64,000 bases of DNA from a virus, in IMG/VR virus record IMGVR_UViG_3300043185_000079. One strand, given 5' to 3'. The notes under the pieces are model-generated. The model was not told the DNA's origin. It saw only the letters and a program-made list of their open reading frames with translations, and did no database searches. Below, one piece after another: positions 56,568-64,000 of the stretch (the first letter of the stretch is position 1; the number at the start of each line of letters is the position of its first letter). The translations under genes were made by a program, and so were the position numbers.

Positions 56568-57836
56568 ATGGCCAAGAAGACCAAGAAACCCTCGGGGGCC
56601 GAGCCCGCTAAGCCCAAGAAGCCGACCTCGAAGAAGTCCTCCCCGCTCACGCAGGCGTCGGAACTTCTGAAGCAAGCGTTGAAGGGGGACGACTGGAAGG
56701 CCGACCTCGACCCGAAGAATCTGCGGCAGCCCCTTCCCCACCTGTCCAGTGGGTCCTTGGTGATCGATCATCTGATCGGGGGCAAGGCTAACGCTAACGG
56801 CGTCTCGCCGTGTCCCGGGTTCCCTCGCGGGAGAATCCTCAACCTTTACGGTCACGAGGGCTCTGGTAAGACGACGATCGCCCTGCAGTCGTCGGCCGAG
56901 ACGATCAGGGCCGGTGGAACCGTCTGCTACATCGACTGGGAGCACGAGATCGTTCCTGGATACGCTCACGCTCTCGGAGTCCCGATCGGCGACGAGTCGA
57001 AATTCATGCTCTGCCAGCCCGATACGTTGGACGATGGAGTGGCGATCCTGTGGACAATGGCCTCGGCCGGCGTCGACCTCATCGTCCTGGACTCGGTTGG
57101 GGCAGGAGTGCCCAAGGCGTTCTTCGAGAAGTCAATCAAGGAGACCGCGGACCAGGGTCGGGTCGGGATGAATGCTGCCGTGTGGTCGCAGTTTTTGCCC
57201 AAGCTTAAGGCACGGATCAATAAGACCAAGTCGACCGTGATCGGCATCTCGCAGATCCGCGATGCCATCAACACGATGGGCTACGGTGACAAGATCACGG
57301 TCCAAGGAGGCAAGGCGTGGAAGTTTTACTCGGCCGTGCGCCTCCGGCTGCAGAAGGTTGGAACGGAGAAGGCTAGCGACTACTCTTCGCTTGTCAACAA
57401 GGCACAGGACCGTGTCGTGGGGGCTTTGATCAAGGCGAAGCTCGACAAGTGCAAGGTCTCATCTCAGCAGGGCAACGAGGAGAACTTCTACATCAGGTGG
57501 GGCGAGGGTATCGACAACACCCGCTCGTTGATCGAGATCGCGGTCGCCCACAAGATCATCGCCAAGAACGGAGCCCACTTCCGGTGGACAGCTCCCGATG
57601 GGACCGAACAAGCGCGCCAGGGCATGGACAAGCTCCGCCAGATGTTCATCGATAACGCGCTGTGGGCCAAGTTGCTCGAGAAGCAAGTGAAGCCTCACAT
57701 GGCCATGTCGGGTGAATCCAGTGACGATGACGAGGAAGACGATCCGGAGATGTACGATCAGGACGCCTTCACGATCGACGCGGAGATCGGAGAGATTCTC
57801 GGTTCGATCACGGACGGAGGCGAGGGCGAAGGGTAG
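56568..57836 (+). CDS. recA: RecA recombinase
   Basis: SGSL.ID, G.PRGRI, YG.EGSGKTT, YID.EH, IVLDSV, ISQIR, GGKAWKFYSAVR. Confidence 0.97.
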   Translation: MAKKTKKPSGAEPAKPKKPTSKKSSPLTQASELLKQALKGDDWKADLDPKNLRQPLPHLSSGSLVIDHLIGGKANANGVSPCPGFPRGRILNLYGHEGSGKTTIALQSSAETIRAGGTVCYIDWEHEIVPGYAHALGVPIGDESKFMLCQPDTLDDGVAILWTMASAGVDLIVLDSVGAGVPKAFFEKSIKETADQGRVGMNAAVWSQFLPKLKARINKTKSTVIGISQIRDAINTMGYGDKITVQGGKAWKFYSAVRLRLQKVGTEKASDYSSLVNKAQDRVVGALIKAKLDKCKVSSQQGNEENFYIRWGEGIDNTRSLIEIAVAHKIIAKNGAHFRWTAPDGTEQARQGMDKLRQMFIDNALWAKLLEKQVKPHMAMSGESSDDDEEDDPEMYDQDAFTIDAEIGEILGSITDGGEGEG

Positions 57837-57844
57837 GGTCTGTT

Positions 57845-59083
57845 GTGCCCCTGAAGGTCCGCGTCAGAAACTTCCAATCGATCGCCGACGCCGAAATCGA
57901 GATCGACGGTTTCACGGTCGTGACCGGGACGAACAACGCTGGGAAGTCGGCGATGCTCCGTGCGATCCGGGGGGCTTTCACGAATGCCCGGGGCTCGGAC
58001 TTCGTGCGCCTGGGGGCTTCCCACTGCACGGTCGACATCATGTTCGATGACGGCCAGACGCTGCGCTGGGAGAAGGGTGACAAGGGTGTCAACAACTATG
58101 TCATCAACGGGAGGTCCTTCAAGAAGGTTGGCCACGGGGTTCCTCCCGAGGCCCGAGTCTTCGGCGTCGAACCCATCGTCGTGAATGACGTCGAGCTTTG
58201 GCCGCAGATCGCCCCGCAAGTCACCGGCGTCAGTTTCCTCCTCGACCAGCCGGGGGCTGTCATTGCGGAAGCGGTCGCGGACGTCGGCCGGGTCAACCAG
58301 CTCACGCGCGCTCTGAAGTCGTGCGAATCGGACCGTAGGACGGCGCGAGGCGATCTCAAGACTCGCCGGGACGACGCAGGGACTCTCGCGGCGAGGAGGG
58401 AAAAATTCGACGGTCTCGACGCCGCCGTGTCCGTCCTTGATGACCTGACGACGCGCAGAGATCGGGCCGAGCGGACGTCGACCGCAGCTCGCAACCTCAC
58501 CAAGCTGCGCGACCGAATACGCCAAGCCTACGAGGCGGTTGAGCGCCTGCAGGGACTCGACATGGCGGCGGAGGGACTCCCAGACGAGGATCGTGTCGGT
58601 CAGACCGTCGACGCCCAGGGCGCCGTCTCCACGGTCCGGTCGCTCCAGAAGCGACACGCCCAGGCATCGAGGAGTGTGGTCGCCTTGGCCGGGCTGGACG
58701 AGGCCGGAGTCCTGCTCCCCTCCGACGAGAGGGTGACTCACGTCGAGAAGTTTCGGCAGGCCCTTGGGATCACCGTCACGCTCTCCATGAGGCTCGAGGA
58801 GGCACAGAAGGAGCTGAGCCAGGCTCGGGAGGCCGACGCCGTCGTGTCCCGGCTCTCGCTCGACGACGGGCCCGCGGACAAGGCCGACCGCATGAAGAGG
58901 GCGCTGTCGAAGATGCGGGATCTTGCCCGGAGGCTGTCGCAGGTTCGGCAAGAGGTCACGACGCTTGATGCAGAGACCGCGAGGCTGGAGGGAGAGCATG
59001 GCGTGATCGATGCGCGCGCGCGTGAAATCCTTGGATCCTACGAGGAGTGCCCCACATGCGGCAAGATCCTCGGCTCCGCGTGA
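57845..59083 (+). CDS. SbcC/Rad50-like ATPase, N-terminal half only
   Basis: NFQSI, Walker A GTNNAGKS, Q-loop, coiled coil; ends just after the Zn hook CPTCG; no signature motif or Walker B. Confidence 0.85.
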   Translation: MPLKVRVRNFQSIADAEIEIDGFTVVTGTNNAGKSAMLRAIRGAFTNARGSDFVRLGASHCTVDIMFDDGQTLRWEKGDKGVNNYVINGRSFKKVGHGVPPEARVFGVEPIVVNDVELWPQIAPQVTGVSFLLDQPGAVIAEAVADVGRVNQLTRALKSCESDRRTARGDLKTRRDDAGTLAARREKFDGLDAAVSVLDDLTTRRDRAERTSTAARNLTKLRDRIRQAYEAVERLQGLDMAAEGLPDEDRVGQTVDAQGAVSTVRSLQKRHAQASRSVVALAGLDEAGVLLPSDERVTHVEKFRQALGITVTLSMRLEEAQKELSQAREADAVVSRLSLDDGPADKADRMKRALSKMRDLARRLSQVRQEVTTLDAETARLEGEHGVIDARAREILGSYEECPTCGKILGSA

Positions 59084-59109
59084 TTTCCCGGGTCATGGGC
59101 GACCTCGTT

Positions 59110-59135
59110 GTGTAGAAACCTGAACTCTCCCGTAC
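59110..59135 (+). promoter_or_regulatory. class II promoter motif GTGTAGA-N14-CGTAC
   Basis: 9 nt before ATG 59145; no SD sequence. Confidence 0.7.
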
Positions 59136-59144
59136 AGGCCCACC

Positions 59145-61391
59145 ATGCACTTCGACGTCGACACCCACACGATCTTCCTCGGGGTTACCGGGTCGCACGC
59201 GTACGGCATGGCGCGGGCCGGCTCCGACGTCGACGTGCGCGGAGCCTGCATCCCGCCCCGGGAGGTACGGGACAGCCACTACAAGGTGTTTGAGCAGTTT
59301 CTCGTCCAACAGCAACGAGGGGCCTGGGGTCCCGGTCCTGCTGCGCAGGCGATCGAGAACATCCTTGCACACCCGACCGCGGGCGAGTCGTATCGCCAGA
59401 GCGACCCGGTCTTCCGTCGGGCAAACGGTGTGGTGGACCTCTGCATCTACTCCCTGGCCAAGCTCGTGGCATTGGCCGCCAACAACAATCCAAACGTCCT
59501 TGAGCTGCTGTTCCTGGACGAGCGTGACGTCCTCTACGCCGATGCCAAGTGGCGTCGTATCGTGGAGCATCGTGACATCTTCCTCTCGCGCAAGTGCAAG
59601 CACACGTACCTCGGGTACGCCCACGCGCAGCTTAAGCGCATCAAGGGGCACCGGGAGTGGCTCCTCAATCCGCCGACGACGGAGCCCACGCGGAAGGACT
59701 TCGATTTGCCCGAGGAGTCTGTGTTGCCCGCCGACGTTCGCAACCAGATTGACGAGGTTGTGAAGAAGATCATCGGTGGTTGGAAGGTCGACGACGGGCT
59801 GGATGTGCTGAGCGGGGCCACGCTGGACGTGCTCATGGGGAGGATGCGGGAGTTCCACGCGACGCTGCTGGCTTGCACGGATGACATGCTCGACGAGAAG
59901 GTCTACGAGCTGGGTGCCGCGAGCATCGGGTTGAGCAAGGACGTGCTCTACGCCATCCGGCAGGAGCGGCGCTACCGTGCCGCTCGCAAGCACTGGGAGC
60001 AGTATCAACGGTGGATCAGGGAGCGTAACCCGGCGCGAGCCGAGCTGGAGGCGAAGTACGGCTTCGACTGCTACTCGGCGGACACGCAGTTCTTGACCGA
60101 GAACGGGTGGAAGTGTTTCGACGAGATCCAGGCGGGGGAGAGGCTCGCCACGGTCCATGTTGGGCGCGACATGCCGCATCGGAGGTTCGGATCGCTGGAA
60201 TACCAGGCCCCGACAGAGAGGTTTGACGGCACGTTCACCGGCAACATGTACCACTTCGGAGGGCACAACACAGACGTGCTCGTGACCCCAAACCATCGGA
60301 TGCTTTATCGTCAGGTCTCGCGAAGAAGAGGCGAAACGTATGGTGTCGTGATGGAGGAGGCGGCCCGGATGCCCGACGCCTTCGACTTCGTGCGGACGAT
60401 CCGACCGCGCACGAAGACGTACGGCACGAGGAGGTTGTTCGCGGAGATCCCGATCAAGCCGGAGGCGTTTCTACGCCTGATGGGGTGGTATCTGACTGAT
60501 GGCTCCGCCAACATGCGGAAAGGGAAGCGGAGAACCAGCGTTCACGACGTTCGCGTCAGCCAGAAGAAGAACGGACGCTCTCACGGAGAGATGGTCAAGT
60601 TCCAGAACAGGTACGGTAAGGCCCTTCAGAGTTCGATGTACGCCTACGACAAGAAGGGTCTCTCCGGTGATCCGATCACGGAGATCGTCCTGTCGGTCCG
60701 ACACCGCGGAGTCTGTGAGAGAATCGTGTCCGAGTGTGGTCGCACCGACAACAAGCGTATCCCGCGGTGGGTGTTCTCGCTGTCCAAGAGACACATGGAG
60801 ACCCTGTTTGACGCGATGTGTGGGGGTGACGGCACAGTTAAGCGAAGCTGGATCTACTACTCCTCCTTGAAAGGACTCGCCGACGACGTCAATGAACTGG
60901 CTCTGCACTGCGGCTGGGAAACCTCTCTGTGGGGTCCGTACGCAATCCCTACCGACCTCAGTCCTGACTGTGTCATGTACCATGTTCACGTCGACAAGCA
61001 CGCGGAGGAGTTCCAGAGGTTCGTCAGGAACAAGAGCATCGATCTGAATCCGGTGAAGAACCATCGCATTGTATGCTTCACGGTTCCGAACGGCACGCTC
61101 ATTACCCGCCGCAATGGCCGTGTGGGCATCCACGGGAACAGCAAGCACGGCGCCCATCTGATCAGGCTCATGAGGACGGGGCACGAGATTCTCACCGAGG
61201 GCGTTCTCCGAGTACGCAGGCCGGATGCGGAGGAACTGCTGGCGATCCGAGATGGGGCGTTGAGCTACGACGAGCTGATCGCGGAAGCGGAGCGGATCGA
61301 GAAGGCGGTGCTCGAGGCCGAGGTATCTTCCAAGCTGCCCAAGGCGCCCCAGGTCGAGCGGATCGACGAGGTGTTGCTGTCGATCCTGTAG
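59145..61391 (+). CDS. RlaP-type (Pol beta superfamily) nucleotidyltransferase with intein
   Basis: GSHAYG....SDVDVRG, NNPN.LE.LF, GYA..Q, KYGFD|intein|SKHGAHLIRL. Confidence 0.9.
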   Translation: MHFDVDTHTIFLGVTGSHAYGMARAGSDVDVRGACIPPREVRDSHYKVFEQFLVQQQRGAWGPGPAAQAIENILAHPTAGESYRQSDPVFRRANGVVDLCIYSLAKLVALAANNNPNVLELLFLDERDVLYADAKWRRIVEHRDIFLSRKCKHTYLGYAHAQLKRIKGHREWLLNPPTTEPTRKDFDLPEESVLPADVRNQIDEVVKKIIGGWKVDDGLDVLSGATLDVLMGRMREFHATLLACTDDMLDEKVYELGAASIGLSKDVLYAIRQERRYRAARKHWEQYQRWIRERNPARAELEAKYGFDCYSADTQFLTENGWKCFDEIQAGERLATVHVGRDMPHRRFGSLEYQAPTERFDGTFTGNMYHFGGHNTDVLVTPNHRMLYRQVSRRRGETYGVVMEEAARMPDAFDFVRTIRPRTKTYGTRRLFAEIPIKPEAFLRLMGWYLTDGSANMRKGKRRTSVHDVRVSQKKNGRSHGEMVKFQNRYGKALQSSMYAYDKKGLSGDPITEIVLSVRHRGVCERIVSECGRTDNKRIPRWVFSLSKRHMETLFDAMCGGDGTVKRSWIYYSSLKGLADDVNELALHCGWETSLWGPYAIPTDLSPDCVMYHVHVDKHAEEFQRFVRNKSIDLNPVKNHRIVCFTVPNGTLITRRNGRVGIHGNSKHGAHLIRLMRTGHEILTEGVLRVRRPDAEELLAIRDGALSYDELIAEAERIEKAVLEAEVSSKLPKAPQVERIDEVLLSIL
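60069..61139 (+). mobile_element. intein (357 aa) with LAGLIDADG domain
   Basis: CYSADT...VTPNHRM...LMGWYLTDG...LFDAMCGGDG...CFTVPNG...HGN|S. Confidence 0.93.
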
Positions 61392-61404
61392 CGGTTTTTG
61401 GGCT

Positions 61405-61851
61405 ATGGCCCATCTAAGGCATGCCCACGACACCAGCACGGCCCGAGTCGCATTGGAAGGGCCAGCCAAACGGGCTGCCGGCGCCCATTTCGATACCGCC
61501 TTTGTGTGGAACGACTCTGGCAAGTGGCGCGTGGAACTCACCAAGTTCATCTCGGGCGGTGGCATTCAACTCGGCAAGGCGACAGCCTTGGCCAACACGC
61601 ATGTCAGAGAGGCGAAGGCTTTTGCGAAGGCTCTCGAAGCTGGTCTGAACGAACAGGCCCTTGAGGCAAAGGTTACCGTGCCCTCCCCAGACAAGGTGAC
61701 CATCCTCGGCGATCTGGATGGCGCCTTCATGGCCATTGATGTCGATCTTGGCTTCCGAGAAGCCTCCCCACACGCAGAGAAGGCCATCAAGTCTGTGGTC
61801 TCTGATCTGGGGATCCGCGTCCGGCGTTACCCAGAGCCGGGCAGCGGCTGA
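61405..61851 (+). CDS. hypothetical protein
   Basis: Fills the gap between the NTase and sbcD genes; start uncertain because the ATG overlaps a class III motif. Confidence 0.6.
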   Translation: MAHLRHAHDTSTARVALEGPAKRAAGAHFDTAFVWNDSGKWRVELTKFISGGGIQLGKATALANTHVREAKAFAKALEAGLNEQALEAKVTVPSPDKVTILGDLDGAFMAIDVDLGFREASPHAEKAIKSVVSDLGIRVRRYPEPGSG

Positions 61852-61875
61852 TCTGCGGCGGGTAGAGATGGGGAG

Positions 61876-62862
61876 ATGGTCCGTCTTCTCTGGCGCACCG
61901 ACGTCCACTACTCCGACCAAACGCCGTCGTCCAGGACCGATGACTGGACCGAAACGGTGGCGGGCAAGCTCGCCGAGGTTGGCGAGGTTGCCCGCGCCTA
62001 TGACGTCGCGGCGGTGCTCGACGGAGGCGACTTCTTCAACGACAAGACGCCGATTCGGACGAGTCACCGCCTCGTCAGCCGCATCGCGCAGATCCACGCA
62101 GGATATCCGTGTCCCGTCTACGGATCCGTCGGCAACCACGACATCCGCCTGGCGCAGATGGCCAACCTCGGGGAGAGTCCGTTGGAGAGCCTGTTCGCTG
62201 CGGGCGTGTTCAGGCGTCTCTACGACGAGCACGAGCTAGTCCTGGAGCGCGGGGGCGTGAAGGTGCGCGTCGTCGGGGTTCCGTACCACGGGCCTCGCTA
62301 CGACCTCGAAAGGTTTCGCAGGATCCGTCGCGGTGACGAGGACTGGCTCGTGTGTGTCGCCCATGTGCTGGCCAGCCCACAGGGCGGGGAGATGTTCAAG
62401 AACGAGGACATTCTCCGCTACGATGACCTGCCCGATCTGGCTCCGGACGTCTCGGTCTGGGCGTTTGGGCACTGGCACAAGAACCAGGGGATCCAGGAGA
62501 TCGCCGGAGGTCGGTGGGTGGTTAACGTTGGCAGTCTGACACGAGGGGCTCTCACGCAGGACAACATCGACCGCGAACCGGGCGTCGTGACCATGTGTTT
62601 CGGTCCCCGCGGCACCCGGCTGTCCCTCGACTTCGTCAAGATCCGCGTGCGTCCGGCGGGGGAGGTATTCGACATGCAGAAGCGTGTCCGAGAGGAGGCC
62701 AGGGCGATGACGGTTGACGCGTTCGTGGAGTCGATCCGGCGCGAACTCCAAGGGCCCACGGGTCGGCCGTTCCGCGAGATCATCGAGTCCGCCGACGTTC
62801 CAACGAAAGTCCGAGAGCGGGCCCTCGATTACATCGAGAGAGCTAGTGATTCGCCGCGGTAG
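61876..62862 (+). CDS. Mre11/SbcD-like metallophosphoesterase nuclease
   Basis: TDVH, GGDFF, GNHD, AH, FGHWH, NVGSL motifs. Confidence 0.9.
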   Translation: MVRLLWRTDVHYSDQTPSSRTDDWTETVAGKLAEVGEVARAYDVAAVLDGGDFFNDKTPIRTSHRLVSRIAQIHAGYPCPVYGSVGNHDIRLAQMANLGESPLESLFAAGVFRRLYDEHELVLERGGVKVRVVGVPYHGPRYDLERFRRIRRGDEDWLVCVAHVLASPQGGEMFKNEDILRYDDLPDLAPDVSVWAFGHWHKNQGIQEIAGGRWVVNVGSLTRGALTQDNIDREPGVVTMCFGPRGTRLSLDFVKIRVRPAGEVFDMQKRVREEARAMTVDAFVESIRRELQGPTGRPFREIIESADVPTKVRERALDYIERASDSPR

Positions 62863-62872
62863 AGTGTCCGCG

Positions 62873-63820
62873 ATGGCCAAACCCCCCGACACGCTGTACT
62901 GGGCGCATGTGGATGCCTACGAGAGGTGTCCGCAGAAAGGGCTGTGGCAGTATGGCTTCGGACAGATTGACATCGGTGGAGGCCCTGGGCGCCCGAAGCC
63001 CAAGCCACACGACAAGTCGCGTCACCATGCCGTCATGGGCATCGTGATCCAGGGGGTCCTCGAACAGTTCTACAACGAGGAGATGTGGCGGCACCGGGAA
63101 GGCCTCAAGGAGCGTCTCGTGAAAATGACGCGGGACAGACTGCTCGACGAACTCCCGCGCAATTACATCGACTGGAAAGAGTCCCCTCCACATGACGAGA
63201 TGGAACAGATCTGCGTGTCGGGCGTGTTGGGCTTCCTCTCGACGATGCAGGCGCACAAGCTGCTCGGACCGTACGCGCGCAGCGAGGTGACGCTGTTCGG
63301 CTACGCCGACAAGTACCTGGCTCTTGGAGGGAGAGCGGACTTCGTGATTCGTCGGGACGACACTGGGATCACGATGATCGACGGCAAGAACAGCATGACG
63401 AAGATGAAGCACGTGGACCCCGACCAGCTGCGGTGGTACGCCTTGTGCTTCGCGCTCAGCTATCGTAAGTTGCCCGATCGGCTCGGGTTCGTGTGGTTCA
63501 GGTTCCCCTACGATGAGGCGACAGGAGAGTCGGGTCTCGACTGGGTCGAGTTCACGCGGAGAGATCTCCGTGAGCTGGTCGAGCGGGCGCAGGCGGTGAG
63601 GAAGGGTCAGCGCAAGGAGCACTTTGACGCCAAGCCGGCTTACGATGTTTGCCGGCTCTGCGATTACGAGTCCGTGTGTCCGCAGCGCCAGGCCGCTCGC
63701 GAGGAAAACGCAGCCAAGCGGGCCAAGTCCCGCGGGCTGACGGTTGTCTCTGACGTCTCTCCCGAGGGAATCTTTGAGCTGGGATTCGGACGCCCACAGG
63801 ACGGGTCCGAAGGGGGGTAG
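62873..63820 (+). CDS. PD-(D/E)XK Cas4/AddB-like exonuclease
   Basis: CP near the N-terminus, E...GRADF..IDGK, QL..Y, CRLCDY..VCP; GG-TAGAGT-N7-ATG. Confidence 0.9.
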   Translation: MAKPPDTLYWAHVDAYERCPQKGLWQYGFGQIDIGGGPGRPKPKPHDKSRHHAVMGIVIQGVLEQFYNEEMWRHREGLKERLVKMTRDRLLDELPRNYIDWKESPPHDEMEQICVSGVLGFLSTMQAHKLLGPYARSEVTLFGYADKYLALGGRADFVIRRDDTGITMIDGKNSMTKMKHVDPDQLRWYALCFALSYRKLPDRLGFVWFRFPYDEATGESGLDWVEFTRRDLRELVERAQAVRKGQRKEHFDAKPAYDVCRLCDYESVCPQRQAAREENAAKRAKSRGLTVVSDVSPEGIFELGFGRPQDGSEGG

Positions 63821-63856
63821 TAGGGTTAGGACCATGTCGCGCCGCGAGAAGACCTT

Positions 63857-64000
63857 ATGAGCAACCTGGACCAGGAGCTGGAGCAGGTTGTCCAGAAGCG
63901 CAAGCGCCTGCGAGCGGACATCGAGCGGCTCAGAGGACGCAAGGAGCAGGCCGAGGCCAATCTTGCGCAGATCGAGGCCGAATGCCGGTCGAAGAACATC
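63857..64000 (+). CDS. coiled-coil protein, partial
   Basis: MSNLDQELEQVVQKRKRLRADIERL..., open at the window end. Confidence 0.7.
   Translation, partial: MSNLDQELEQVVQKRKRLRADIERLRGRKEQAEANLAQIEAECRSKNI

Noticed and set aside
62873-63820. Cas4-like gene as part of a CRISPR-Cas system
   Set aside because: It sits in a recombination cluster with no array or other cas genes; solo Cas4-like nucleases are common in phages.
1-64000. Stop-codon reassignment (alternative genetic code)
   Set aside because: Conserved genes are full length under code 11 and end at TAG, TGA or TAA; no suppressor tRNA is seen.

Overview
GC-rich, densely coding window that reads as part of a large (jumbo-type) bacteriophage genome. 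No structural capsid or tail genes are recognisable. The right third (about 44.9-64 kb) is a replication/recombination block: HolB- and HolA-like clamp-loader subunits, class II ribonucleotide reductase with an intein, RecD2, a putative SSB, RuvC, RecA, an N-terminal half of Rad50/SbcC, an intein-containing RlaP-type nucleotidyltransferase, Mre11/SbcD and a Cas4-like exonuclease. The left two thirds are accessory: three tRNAs plus one degenerate tRNA, an EF-Tu remnant, a TnpB, HNH proteins, a WGR-PARP, an ADP-ribosylglycohydrolase, an NrtR-like Nudix protein, a DNA methyltransferase, a divergent AAA/VWA pair, HU and two divergent sigma-factor-like genes. The main unexplained signal is about ten unrelated proteins that share short helical motifs (RVAxR[WF]L, and IRLA..xPE[FL]RxxL) and are cut into modules at [RK]-x-A sites. 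Most of them sit behind one DNA motif, (C)GNTW-N6-YTAT. One of them is sigma-like. Two further promoter-like classes are visible: GTGTARR-N14-CGTAC (ECF-like, in front of PARP, AAA, VWA, RlaP and DUF3228) and leaderless GG-TANNNT-N5-7-start. All family assignments come from motif recognition by eye; no searches were run.
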